A DNA stretch of 64,000 nucleotides from positions 26,528 through 90,527 of the forward strand of contig JANLHP010000013.1 of the NCBI GenBank assembly GCA_024654445.1. The letters are read 5' to 3'. The notes below the pieces were generated by a model. That model made no database searches and was not told the DNA's origin. It was given only the letters and a program-made list of their open reading frames with translations. Shown piece by piece: positions 38,000 through 47,287 of the stretch. The stretch is from Candidatus Curtissbacteria bacterium. GTDB lineage: Bacteria; Patescibacteriota; Microgenomatia; Curtissbacterales; GWA2-41-24. The first letter of the stretch is position 1, and each line of letters begins with the position of its first letter. A program made the position numbers and the translations under genes.

Positions 38000-39049
38000 A
38001 TGCGTATTTTTGTTGCTGCCATTATTACTCTTGTTGTCTTGATATCGGGTTTCGTTCTTTATTCTAGAGTTGATCGTTCAGCTGGTGATATTACTGTTCT
38101 TCTGACAGACGAGTTAAACACCGATGACAATATGGGGGAGGCAGAAGTCGGGCTGCACGAGCTTTCGATAGAAGGACTGAGAGGCGGCGAGTATCCAGGA
38201 AGTGACATTACGATTGAGCAGGCGCTTGACCCGGGTTCTAACTATCAGCGATACATTGCTTCTTATAGATCGGAAGGTTTGAAAATTTACGCCCTTTTGG
38301 CAATCCCAAACGGGCCGAAACCTCGAGGGGGATATCCTACAATTATTTTTAATCACGGATATATTCCACCAGCTCAATACAGAACGACGGAACGATATGT
38401 TGCGTACGTGGATGGGTTTGCAAGAAATGGATACATAGTTTTTAGGTCCGATTACCGAGGACATGGAAATTCTGAAGGTAGCCCTTCAGGAGCGTATGGG
38501 TCGAATGACTACACGATAGATGTATTAAATGCGGTTGCATCTCTTAAAAAGCACCCAGATGTAGACGAGAGCAAAATCGGTATGTGGGGACATAGCATGG
38601 GAGGGCATATTACTCTCAGGAATATGGTTGCAAAGAGTGATGTTAAAGCGGGAGTTATATGGGCGGGTGTTGTAGCTTCTTATCCGGATCTTATAAACAG
38701 GTGGAGAAGGGGGAACAGGCCGTCTCCAACACCACTGCCCGGTGGTGCGAGAAGGTGGAGACAACTACTCGTGGAACAATATGGTGAGCCGGAAAAAAAT
38801 CCGCAGTTCTGGAATTCAATTTCTGCCAACTCATACCTTGCCGATATTTCAGGCCCGATACAGCTTCATCACGGTACACATGATACTTCTGTACCAGTTG
38901 AATTTTCGCAAAAACTGGACGAGCAATTAAAAGCGGTGGGCACAGTGTCGGAACTAAACGTATATCAAGGAGACGATCATAATTTAAGCGCTAACTTTAA
39001 CACTGCTATGCAAAGATCTATTGAGTTTTTCGACCGATACCTGAAGTAG
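38000..39049 (+). CDS. Secreted alpha/beta hydrolase (S9-like peptidase/esterase)
   Basis: HGYIPP, DYRGHG, GHSMGG nucleophile, HG..D..VP and DHN. Confidence 0.9.
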   Translation: MRIFVAAIITLVVLISGFVLYSRVDRSAGDITVLLTDELNTDDNMGEAEVGLHELSIEGLRGGEYPGSDITIEQALDPGSNYQRYIASYRSEGLKIYALLAIPNGPKPRGGYPTIIFNHGYIPPAQYRTTERYVAYVDGFARNGYIVFRSDYRGHGNSEGSPSGAYGSNDYTIDVLNAVASLKKHPDVDESKIGMWGHSMGGHITLRNMVAKSDVKAGVIWAGVVASYPDLINRWRRGNRPSPTPLPGGARRWRQLLVEQYGEPEKNPQFWNSISANSYLADISGPIQLHHGTHDTSVPVEFSQKLDEQLKAVGTVSELNVYQGDDHNLSANFNTAMQRSIEFFDRYLK

Positions 39050-39092
39050 AGTAAAAGGGGATAGAGTTTAGGGTTAAGAATTGGATAGCGTT

Positions 39093-39153
39093 CAAGGTGA
39101 GATCCTTGTCATTCAGTGCCATGCGGTCCTCGTCCTTCGGACTGCGGACCTAA
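39093..39153. repeat. Composite short palindromes between convergent genes
   Basis: CAAGGTGAGATCCTTG hairpin plus CAGTGCCATGCGGTCCTCGTCC...CCTAA unit also found in ychF. Confidence 0.7.
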
Positions 39154-39174
39154 GGGGTCTCACTTGGGCTTAAT

Positions 39175-40278
39175 CTAAAGGGAGTTTAATGCTTCCTGGG
39201 CTTCTTGAAGGTTTCTATTGTAGATTACTGCTTTTTCGAACTCTTGTCGAGCGAGTTCTAGGTTTCCTTGCTTCTTATAAATTTCCCCACGAATAAGATA
39301 AAGCTCGGAAAAGGCTCTGTTGTGATTATTAAGAACCTTGTCCGTTATGGCGAACACTCTCGGGTAATTTCCCAATTCGTAGTACGCTCGTATTGGTTCG
39401 ATTTGGTACCAAAGAGTTCTGAAAGGGAGCTGATTTTCGACTTCTTCAAACTCGCGGACCGATTCTTGGTAGTCGCCGGTGTTGTAGAGCGCGACTGAAA
39501 GGTTGAAACGAGAATAGATGTCGCTCGGGTTGTTCACAAGTTCATTTTGCGAGAGCTCTGCCGCTTTTCTCCAAGCAACTTGCTCGTCCGAGTTCTCACC
39601 AAGAATCGCTTTGGCTATATGCTCTTTTTCGGGTGGTACAAGAACGAGATATTCGTAGTTAAATTTTTTCCAAACGGCGTTAAAGTCACTATACGAATAG
39701 CGTAAATTTTTGCCCTGCAAGGAATCGTCTTGGATGATCTGTCCTGTTGTTTCGTCGTAACCTTTAATAATTCTGTAATGGCCAATGTCGTCGTCTACTT
39801 TAAGCAAGGTTCTTGCAATGACGGGAATGTCATAAGTAATAAAAAGTTTTACTTCCTCCATACTCCCAGTTGGGCGATGATACGGAATAAGTTCGTAGTC
39901 CTTTGATTTTTCTCCCAACTCTTCGAGGGTTACGGATTTGTCGTCGTTATCTCCCTGGGGATTTTGGTAGGGTCTAAGTTCTTGACCCAAGGTTTGTTGG
40001 CTAACGTTTATTCCGTAGTAAGAAAGAGCCATCGAAAGAGCTGCCGGGCCGCAATTATTGAAGGTTTGAAAAACGTGATAGTCATTTGCAAGTATTTTCT
40101 GAGCGGGTGGGTTTTCCAGCGTGAGTTTTGGGGAGGGGGAAGGTCCCGTTAGTTGACGTTGTTCTTGAGATAAATTGTCCGTTGAGGTGTTGTCTGACCA
40201 GCGATCAAATGCAGCCAGGCTGCCGATTGTCACAATAATTAAAAAAACGATTATAAATACAAGCTTAAACATAAGCAT
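39175..40278 (-). CDS. C39-like cysteine peptidase with C-terminal TPR repeats
   Basis: FQTFNNCGPAALSMAL, GHYR...GYD and DS; TPR helices. Confidence 0.85.
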   Translation of the reverse strand: MLMFKLVFIIVFLIIVTIGSLAAFDRWSDNTSTDNLSQEQRQLTGPSPSPKLTLENPPAQKILANDYHVFQTFNNCGPAALSMALSYYGINVSQQTLGQELRPYQNPQGDNDDKSVTLEELGEKSKDYELIPYHRPTGSMEEVKLFITYDIPVIARTLLKVDDDIGHYRIIKGYDETTGQIIQDDSLQGKNLRYSYSDFNAVWKKFNYEYLVLVPPEKEHIAKAILGENSDEQVAWRKAAELSQNELVNNPSDIYSRFNLSVALYNTGDYQESVREFEEVENQLPFRTLWYQIEPIRAYYELGNYPRVFAITDKVLNNHNRAFSELYLIRGEIYKKQGNLELARQEFEKAVIYNRNLQEAQEALNSL

Positions 40279-40339
40279 ATTTTACCACTCCGATTTGACA
40301 TGGTATTTTTCACAAAGGTAGAATTATGTTTACCGCCAA

Positions 40340-41998
40340 ATGCAAAACATTGCTCTGGGAGCTTTTGTTTTAGTAGTTTTCTACAATCTCCTTTTCTATA
40401 AAATCCCTCTTGGGCTAGGAGTAGGTTTTTGGTTTTTAATTCTCAATCTTTTTTTTATTGCAACGGCGAAAGTTGATTCCCGACGAATTTTAACTGGTGT
40501 TGGCTTTTCTGCTGCTTCTGTATTGTTCGCCTTTTTATTCTCATTAAGATCTAATTTTCTTGTTCAAGTCGTAGATTTAGTTTTGGCGGTTCTTTTTACT
40601 ACTGCTGCCATTTATGCTTACAGGTCACAAAAAGAGCCAAGATTTGAGCTTCCTTATTTTCTTACCTTGCCATTAAAACTCGTTGGCAACTCAATTTTTT
40701 ACTTTGGTAGCAATCTTAAAAATTCGGAGTTTTCTTCCAGTAAAATTTCTGCGGGAAAAGTTTCATATATAGCCCGTGGAATTCTTATTTCGGCTCCCAT
40801 ACTTGCAGTTCTTTTTATATTGCTTTCGGTAGGAGATCCAATCTTTGGTCGAGTTGCCCAACTTTTTTTCAAAGATATAGGCTTAAGGCTTTTAATTTCG
40901 GTCACCATTTTTGCAGCGTTTGTCGCTTTAGGGATTGTTAGAGCCGAAAAACCGGATGACAGAGAAGACACGCAAAAGGTGGTAAGTTCAAAAGCTTACG
41001 AACTATCGACGATAGTGGGTGGTATAGTTTTTCTTTTTGCGATTTTTATTGGGGTGCAGTTTAGGTATTTATTTACCGGAGTGGGGGAAAGAGAACTACA
41101 TAATTTAGGTATACAAAGCTTAACTTATTCGGAATACGTGAGGAAGGGGTTCTTCGAACTTATAGCGGCCTCTGTTCTTGCAAGCAGCGTTGTTTTATAT
41201 GTTTTGCGCTTTATTCACAAATTTCACGCTAAAGAGAAGATATGGGTTCAGGGGTTAACAGGCACGTTAATATTTGAAATAGGTCTAGTTCTACTGTCGG
41301 ATTTTCAGCGTTTGAATTTATATCAGGCGACGCATGGTTTAACTAGGGCACGTGTTTTTGGGTTTGTTTTTTTGGTCTGGCTTTTAGCGATGCTTTTGAT
41401 TTTGGTTTGGCGTGTGTTTGTTAAAACTGAAAGCCAGAGGATTTTTATCGCCACACTTTCTGTCAGTCTAGTGACTGTTTTGACGATAAATATTGCCAAC
41501 ATTGATAGCTTGATTGCAAACGATTTCAAACCAACGGTCAATAGTGAAATAGACTATTCTTACATCGCTTCTCTATCTACTGACGCAGCTGGTAGCTGGC
41601 CCGAAATAATCCGTGAAAGCGAAAAAATCTTGGATGAAGTTGCGGTGACTCCGGAAGATATTAAGCCGGACGAAAATAGGAAATTAACGCTCACGTATCT
41701 TGCACTTAATCGTCTTGATACGAAAATTGCTTTTTTGATTTCTAAATATGGGTCAAATGATTTGTATTACGATTGGACCGGTGGTGGAAATTTAAGGGAT
41801 TTTAATTCGCGCAAGTGGCACTCGTTTAACTTTAGTCAGTATTTGGCGTTTAAGAAGATAGAAGGTAACTATGAGGATTACAAAAAGGTTAAACATTTAA
41901 TCGCAAGAACCTCGGCGCTGCAATCTAGCGTCAAGCCGGAAGTGCAAAAAGACACACAGTTAGATCGCCCAATTGAACCACCTCTTGTTACAGATTAA
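40340..41998 (+). CDS. DUF4153/DUF4173 membrane protein
   Basis: L...D..F, QF.YLF, TYSEYVR.GFFEL, R..LY...GLT..R and D..Y...LS.DA. Confidence 0.85.
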   Translation: MQNIALGAFVLVVFYNLLFYKIPLGLGVGFWFLILNLFFIATAKVDSRRILTGVGFSAASVLFAFLFSLRSNFLVQVVDLVLAVLFTTAAIYAYRSQKEPRFELPYFLTLPLKLVGNSIFYFGSNLKNSEFSSSKISAGKVSYIARGILISAPILAVLFILLSVGDPIFGRVAQLFFKDIGLRLLISVTIFAAFVALGIVRAEKPDDREDTQKVVSSKAYELSTIVGGIVFLFAIFIGVQFRYLFTGVGERELHNLGIQSLTYSEYVRKGFFELIAASVLASSVVLYVLRFIHKFHAKEKIWVQGLTGTLIFEIGLVLLSDFQRLNLYQATHGLTRARVFGFVFLVWLLAMLLILVWRVFVKTESQRIFIATLSVSLVTVLTINIANIDSLIANDFKPTVNSEIDYSYIASLSTDAAGSWPEIIRESEKILDEVAVTPEDIKPDENRKLTLTYLALNRLDTKIAFLISKYGSNDLYYDWTGGGNLRDFNSRKWHSFNFSQYLAFKKIEGNYEDYKKVKHLIARTSALQSSVKPEVQKDTQLDRPIEPPLVTD

Positions 41999-42045
41999 AG
42001 TTAACAAATTTGTGGTAATCTTAAGTTAGAGAGGGGGTGAATGTG

Positions 42046-42186
42046 ATGTTGAATATTACAAACTTAAGTCCTCTTACTGCCTTACTTTTTGGAATACTTA
42101 TTCTTGTCTTTCCAAAATTCCTAAATTATTTTGTGGCAATTTATCTTATTATCACTGGTATCTTGGGACTGGGACTGATTAGTTAG
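42046..42186 (+). CDS. Small membrane protein (DUF3096-like), 46 aa
   Basis: P..ALLFGILILVFPKFLNYFVAIYLII.GILGL; RBS GGGGGTGA. Confidence 0.8.
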   Translation: MLNITNLSPLTALLFGILILVFPKFLNYFVAIYLIITGILGLGLIS

Positions 42187-42574
42187 TGAGTTTTTCAATC
42201 TTTTCAATAAGCTCGTCCATTTCGAAGGGCTTGGAGAGAAAATCCTCCGCTCCCGCGTTCTTGTATGTGTCTTTAACGTCTGGATGGGCGGAGACGATGA
42301 TAACCGGAACATTCTTAGTTATCTTTCTATTTTTTAACTCCTTGCAAACTTCTCGGCCGTCCTGGCCGGAGAGCAAAACATCAAGCAGAATAATATCAGG
42401 CAGGTCCTTCTTTTCAAGCTTGGGCGAAAGCAAAAAGTCGGCGTCCGAAAAAGTCGTTACATCGTAATCGTTGGCTTCGAGCATTGCTTCAAAAGCATCT
42501 AAAATGTCTGGATCATCGTCTACAACAAAGACCCCTCGATGTTTCTCAGGACTGATAGCTTTCTTTTTCATCAT
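42179..42574 (-). CDS. Single-domain response regulator
   Basis: VVDDD, LLDVLL...DG, SA and KPF. Confidence 0.93.
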   Translation of the reverse strand: MMKKKAISPEKHRGVFVVDDDPDILDAFEAMLEANDYDVTTFSDADFLLSPKLEKKDLPDIILLDVLLSGQDGREVCKELKNRKITKNVPVIIVSAHPDVKDTYKNAGAEDFLSKPFEMDELIEKIEKLTN

Positions 42575-44304
42575 AGAGCGCTTTGGTTTGGTGTCGTAAG
42601 GTGAGGATCTATGTCAAGGTTTTTAGCTCTTTTTTCGGGTAGACTGAAGTAAAAAGTAGAACCTTGACCGATATTACTTTTAACCCAAAACTTGCCACCG
42701 TGGTGCTTGATAATTTCAGATGATATGTAAAGGCCGATGCCAAGTCCGGGGAAGGTTTTGTCCGTGGTGTCGTAAACTCTGTAGAAACGCTCGAAGATTT
42801 TACCCAAATGCTCTTCTTGCATTCCTATACCGAAATCTTGAACCGCTACTTTTACATGATCCTTCTTGGCTGATAATCTAATCACTACCTTGTCTGCCTT
42901 GGGTGAATATTTAATTGCGTTTGATATAAGATTTTCCAAAACTTGGCCAATACGTTCTTCGTCGCCAAAGATTTTTTTATCTGTTTTTCCCTTTATTACC
43001 AGTTTGTGTTTTTCCTCCGATTGTTGGAGTATGTCCATGATTTCATCGACAGCTTTGTCAAAATTAAAAAGTTTACGCTTAAACTCGAGGCGGCCTGCTT
43101 GTATTTTAGAAATATTCAACAGGTCATAAATTAGCTCCGTTAATTTGTTTATCTGTCTGTCCATTTTAGAAAGATGATCGGCTGCTTTTTGATCTCCGAT
43201 TTGTTCGGAGTGTTTTTTGAGAATTTGTGTGAACATTTTTACGCTAGTAACCGGAGTTTTAAGTTCGTGAGACGCAACCGCGATAAAGTCGTCACGAAGG
43301 CTGATTGCTTCTTGGGAGCCTTTATAAAGTTTGGCGTTTTCGATGGAAATTGATGCTCGCAGTCCTAACTCTTCTGCCATAACTAAGTCTGCAGGATTGT
43401 AGTGTCTTTTTGTATCGCTTGTAACGAAGCTGATCGTGCCGATCGGGCTTTTTTGGGAAAAAATTGGGACGGTTATTGCGGAAGTAAACCCAACCTTTCG
43501 AAGAAGCTTTAGGTCTTTTTTGTTTTTTGCAACCGCAACAAGCATATCGTCGGTGATACTAGGGTAGATTTCGGATTTACCCGTTCTTAAAACGTTAGGA
43601 GTACCGGTTGGATCGTTCATATCCGGTGGCCGAACTTTCCTTAGTTCCTTTGCCCATTTAATTTTCTTGGGGTCTTTATGTGCTAGTGCAACTTGCTTCA
43701 ACTCACCGTTGTCGTTAAGTAATTCAATTGTGCACCAATCGCCAATTTCGGGAACGGCCAGAACCGCGATTGTGTTCAAGGTTGTTTGATAATCAAGAGA
43801 AGATGAGAGTATGCGGCTTGCTTCTGCCAGATAGATGAGGTTTCTTTCTATCAGCAGTCTTTCTCTGTGATACGTGAAGGCTATTTTAGAAGAGAGAGTG
43901 TCTATGAACGTTCCGATTTTCTGACTCATTTCATAGTAATCGTCTACGGACATGTCTTTTAACAGGCCTTCTCTTTTTAGATCTGTCCAGATTGCTTGTT
44001 TAAGAAAGATAGTTCCGTCTATCGCTTCTTCCAGGGTCAGCCCGTCTTGCACCGAATCTTTCGCGAGCTTTTCCCCCAGGTCTCGAAACAGGTTCGCAAC
44101 CGCCTTCATGTTGCCGTTTTCAAGATTATTAGCCAGGACATGAATTAAGGCGATATGGTTGTTTTGATATTTATCTACGAATTCAGTGCGTAAGCTGTGG
44201 CTTCCTAGGTACTTTTTGTGAAGCCGTGTTGCCTCTTTTTGTATGGGGTCAGCATTCTTGAGCAAAAATTGCCTGATCTTTGCAAATTTTTCCTTCTTTT
44301 TCAT
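42571..44304 (-). CDS. Cytoplasmic histidine kinase (RsbRD-N-like, GAF, HisKA, HATPase)
   Basis: No TM; SSLDY..TL...A...VP..GDWC GAF; SHELKTP, NAIKYS, DFGIG and GLGIGL. Confidence 0.92.
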   Translation of the reverse strand: MKKKEKFAKIRQFLLKNADPIQKEATRLHKKYLGSHSLRTEFVDKYQNNHIALIHVLANNLENGNMKAVANLFRDLGEKLAKDSVQDGLTLEEAIDGTIFLKQAIWTDLKREGLLKDMSVDDYYEMSQKIGTFIDTLSSKIAFTYHRERLLIERNLIYLAEASRILSSSLDYQTTLNTIAVLAVPEIGDWCTIELLNDNGELKQVALAHKDPKKIKWAKELRKVRPPDMNDPTGTPNVLRTGKSEIYPSITDDMLVAVAKNKKDLKLLRKVGFTSAITVPIFSQKSPIGTISFVTSDTKRHYNPADLVMAEELGLRASISIENAKLYKGSQEAISLRDDFIAVASHELKTPVTSVKMFTQILKKHSEQIGDQKAADHLSKMDRQINKLTELIYDLLNISKIQAGRLEFKRKLFNFDKAVDEIMDILQQSEEKHKLVIKGKTDKKIFGDEERIGQVLENLISNAIKYSPKADKVVIRLSAKKDHVKVAVQDFGIGMQEEHLGKIFERFYRVYDTTDKTFPGLGIGLYISSEIIKHHGGKFWVKSNIGQGSTFYFSLPEKRAKNLDIDPHLTTPNQSAL

Positions 44305-44408
44305 GCCACTTCCATATTAAAATTCACCCAAACGGGGAATTGTACTTAAATTAAGTAAGAAAAATGTAAGAATTATGTAGTAGGTTTGTTAGTATTTAGA
44401 AGTCGAGG

Positions 44409-45020
44409 TTAATTGCTGTAACTTTCGCAGGCGGCTTTTGCTTGTGGGTCTGTTATCTGAGCGCACATTGAGTTGGAAGTGCCGGGGCTTGCAGTAGCGG
44501 GGCTTTGAGTCTGCTCTTGAGTTTGTGTTAAGTCCATGAATTGTACGTCAGACGGTGGGGTGAACTTGGAATTGTCTGGCGACCAGGAAGAACATTTCAT
44601 ATCGACTTCTTTGTTTACATCGAAATCCTGGTTTTGATCTTGTGTCTGCTCAGTCGCCGCGCTGTTTTTAATTTTTACTCCTTGACCCATTACTGGTGTC
44701 CATGTATATGTGTACTCGCTGTCGTTGATCATAGAACTGTGCATCTCCGTTCCGTTCGGGTCTGTCATGGTAAAGTCGCCTCTTACTTTATTACCAGAAA
44801 CATAAATAGTACCTTCTGTTGACTGGCCGGGATATTTAACAGTGCAGGTTTGGTTTTTGCCAAAAAGTCCGGCTATTGTTCCTTTAACTTGTGTTTGGGC
44901 TTCAGGTGACCCGGGTGTAGTGGTTTCTGTCGATTTGCCTCTATTAAAAACAAATGCTCCGATTCCTATTACTGCAACAAGTGCTATTGCGCCGGCAGCA
45001 ATTTGAAGATTTCTTGACAT
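44409..45020 (-). CDS. Membrane-anchored hypothetical protein
   Basis: N-terminal TM; G..Y.SG.K.R.DF, C..W..D.S.F.PP and a terminal Cys pair. Confidence 0.75.
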   Translation of the reverse strand: MSRNLQIAAGAIALVAVIGIGAFVFNRGKSTETTTPGSPEAQTQVKGTIAGLFGKNQTCTVKYPGQSTEGTIYVSGNKVRGDFTMTDPNGTEMHSSMINDSEYTYTWTPVMGQGVKIKNSAATEQTQDQNQDFDVNKEVDMKCSSWSPDNSKFTPPSDVQFMDLTQTQEQTQSPATASPGTSNSMCAQITDPQAKAACESYSN

Positions 45021-45031
45021 TTCTTTTTGAG

Positions 45032-45060
45032 AGTATATTCCTCTGTGTTAATTTTGTCAA
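45032..45060 (-). promoter_or_regulatory. Sigma70 promoter for the gene starting at 45020
   Basis: Minus strand TTGACA-17 bp-TATACT. Confidence 0.75.
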
Positions 45061-45061
45061 A

Positions 45062-45153
45062 ATTTAAGGTATGACACCTCTTCGAGTCTGAGCTTGAAAG
45101 CTCATCCCTCAGAGTCGAATGACTTTCGATGACTCAAGGTTGCCACCTTAAAT
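45062..45153. repeat. 92-bp element with terminal inverted repeats, copy 1
   Basis: ATTTAAGGT...ACCTTAAAT; reverse complement of copy 2 with 6 mismatches. Confidence 0.9.
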
Positions 45154-45164
45154 CACGAAGAATC

Positions 45165-45812
45165 TCACCTTGACTTAACTTTTTTGACTTGCCAAATTAG
45201 TGCAGTGAGCGGAAGAGAGAGAAGAATTAATATCCATATCAAGTAGGAAAGGTCGATTCCGAAAGGCGCCCACTTTTGGATATCCAGGTTCTGCGCAATG
45301 TCGTAAACTCTCCACGGCGGTTTTTTTAGAACATGCATAAAGTACTCCCTTAATATCGAAGGTATTAAAAGGGCTACTATAATAATGAAGACACTTATTC
45401 TAGATGTAAAAAGTTTCTGCTTTTTGGTTAGGCGCACAAACAGCAGGTAAAAGATAAAAAAGTTTTCAAAAAAATTGGGAAAGAATATAAGCAAACTTCT
45501 ATTGCCAATTAGCGGAAACAGAATAGCTCCTGTAAGTCTGTACAAAAATGAAGATACAGCGATTTTTCTTGCTAATTGGTCCTTCCATGATAGGGAGGTG
45601 AATGCGGCAATGGCAAGATAATAAATATCGAAGATCTTGTCCCACAATTGGTATGCTTCACGCTCTCCGTTGTTTGCAAAAGGCAGGAAATTAAAATCAT
45701 AAACATCTATAAAGATAGATGCAAACAATCCAAAAAGCGGCCATTTTAAAATAGAGAATCCGGCTACGAGGCGAATAATAGAGAGAACGATATATGTTTC
45801 CAGAAGAGACAT
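45165..45812 (-). CDS. Membrane protein (CDP-alcohol phosphotransferase-like features)
   Basis: D..D, YQ.WDK..D.YY and FFPN.FE; 5-6 TM. Confidence 0.7.
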   Translation of the reverse strand: MSLLETYIVLSIIRLVAGFSILKWPLFGLFASIFIDVYDFNFLPFANNGEREAYQLWDKIFDIYYLAIAAFTSLSWKDQLARKIAVSSFLYRLTGAILFPLIGNRSLLIFFPNFFENFFIFYLLFVRLTKKQKLFTSRISVFIIIVALLIPSILREYFMHVLKKPPWRVYDIAQNLDIQKWAPFGIDLSYLIWILILLSLPLTALIWQVKKVKSR

Positions 45813-45827
45813 TTTAATTTTGTCAAG

Positions 45828-45919
45828 ATTTAAGGTGGCAACCTTGAGTCCTCGAAAGTCGTTCGACTCTGAGGGGTGAGCTTTTAAGCTCAGACTCGAA
45901 GAGGTGCCCTACCTTAAAT
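45828..45919. repeat. 92-bp element, copy 2 (inverted)
   Basis: Same terminal inverted repeats; inverted relative to copy 1. Confidence 0.9.
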
Positions 45920-45953
45920 CATAATGTTCAAGGATGAGACCTTAACAAGGATC

Positions 45954-46529
45954 TCACCTTAACTTTAATTTAAGAATTTGTTTGAGTTGACCTTCAATTG
46001 CTGGATCGTTTATTGGCCCAAAACTAATTAAAGCGTTATCTCCGTTTCTGATTTCTCTTTGCAAAAAGTTATCTACTTTCTCTTCGTTAACGTAAAACTT
46101 GAGTGATTTTGTAGTAGATTCACAAAAATTTTGACCTGTGCCAGTTACTAAGCAGCCATAATCGACGTACATGGGTAGGGTTGCGAAGAACTCGCCCCAT
46201 GTAGTATTTGGCTTTTTAACCACGACGTGGTTGGGGTTTGATGCTTCTATGTAAACATCAGGAGAAACGTTGTGGTATTTTTTGGTTGTAAATTCTCTCT
46301 CTGTGCCTTCTGTAAAGATCAAAAACGACGCTTTTGTATCAGCATTGACCTGTGTAGTTGTAGGGGTCGGGCTTGATGTTGTGGTAAGCGGCAACTTTTT
46401 GTCGCAGGCGGAAAGCACAAAAGGGCTGATCAAAATCAATGCTAATACTCTAAAGCTGTACACGTATTCAGAATAACATTTCCTGTTTGATTTGTGGTGA
46501 ACGCAGCGGTTTGTATATAATCTGCACAC
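45954..46529 (-). CDS. Lipoprotein (true start probably near 46460)
   Basis: LSAC lipobox; T.G.FF.T, C......C and LKFYVN...I...D..LISFG. Confidence 0.7.
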   Translation of the reverse strand: MCRLYTNRCVHHKSNRKCYSEYVYSFRVLALILISPFVLSACDKKLPLTTTSSPTPTTTQVNADTKASFLIFTEGTEREFTTKKYHNVSPDVYIEASNPNHVVVKKPNTTWGEFFATLPMYVDYGCLVTGTGQNFCESTTKSLKFYVNEEKVDNFLQREIRNGDNALISFGPINDPAIEGQLKQILKLKLR

Positions 46530-47285
46530 ATGGAATTGATGCTGATTGTCATTTTGGTTCTCTTGCTTTTTGTTTTGCTTATTTCGATTAAGCAGGTAAA
46601 TCAGTACGAACGGGGAGTAAAGTTTCGATTTGGGAGATTTGTAGGAGTGTTGGAGCCAGGATGGAGAATTATTTTGCCGATTATCGAAGGATGGAAAAGA
46701 GTCGATATTCGAGTTAAGGCGGTCGACGTTCCGGACCAGGAAGCGATAACTTTAGATAACGTAAGTGCTAGAGTTAATGCTGTCATTTACTACAGAATAG
46801 ACGTTGCCCAAAAGGCTATTTTGGAAGTCGAAGATTACTTCTTTGCGGTTTCTCAGATGGCGCAAACCACAATGAGAAACGTGATTGGCGAAACTTCTCT
46901 TGATGATTTACTTTCGAAGCGGGATCAGGTTGCAGACAGAATAAAAACAATTATAGATAAGGCGACAGACGCATGGGGAATAAAGGTTGAATCGGTCGAA
47001 CTTAAAGATATTATCATGCCCGACGAAATGAAAAGGGTGATTGCAAGACAGGCGGAGGCAGAACGCGAAAGACGCGCGATTATTATTAAGGCAGAAGGGG
47101 AAAAGGCTGCCGCACAAAATATTTCCAGCGCTGCGAGTACTCTTTCCAAAACGACGGGCGGGCTTCACATAAGAACACTTCAAACTCTATCTGAAATTTC
47201 GGGTGATAAAAATAATACAATTGTAGTTGTGACTCCGCTTGAAGTTCTGCGAGCCTTCGAAGGCCTCGCCAAAAAAATTAAGTGA
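46530..47285 (+). CDS. SPFH/stomatin (slipin) family protein
   Basis: QYERGV.FRFG, Q..IT.DNV, AQTTMR.VIG and A.QAEAERERRA. Confidence 0.95.
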   Translation: MELMLIVILVLLLFVLLISIKQVNQYERGVKFRFGRFVGVLEPGWRIILPIIEGWKRVDIRVKAVDVPDQEAITLDNVSARVNAVIYYRIDVAQKAILEVEDYFFAVSQMAQTTMRNVIGETSLDDLLSKRDQVADRIKTIIDKATDAWGIKVESVELKDIIMPDEMKRVIARQAEAERERRAIIIKAEGEKAAAQNISSAASTLSKTTGGLHIRTLQTLSEISGDKNNTIVVVTPLEVLRAFEGLAKKIK

Positions 47286-47287
47286 GA

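Noticed and set aside
45062-45919. CRISPR array or integron attC array
   Set aside because: Only two copies, mutually inverted, with no spacer periodicity. No clear RYYYAAC/GTTRRRY ends and no cas or intI gene in the window.
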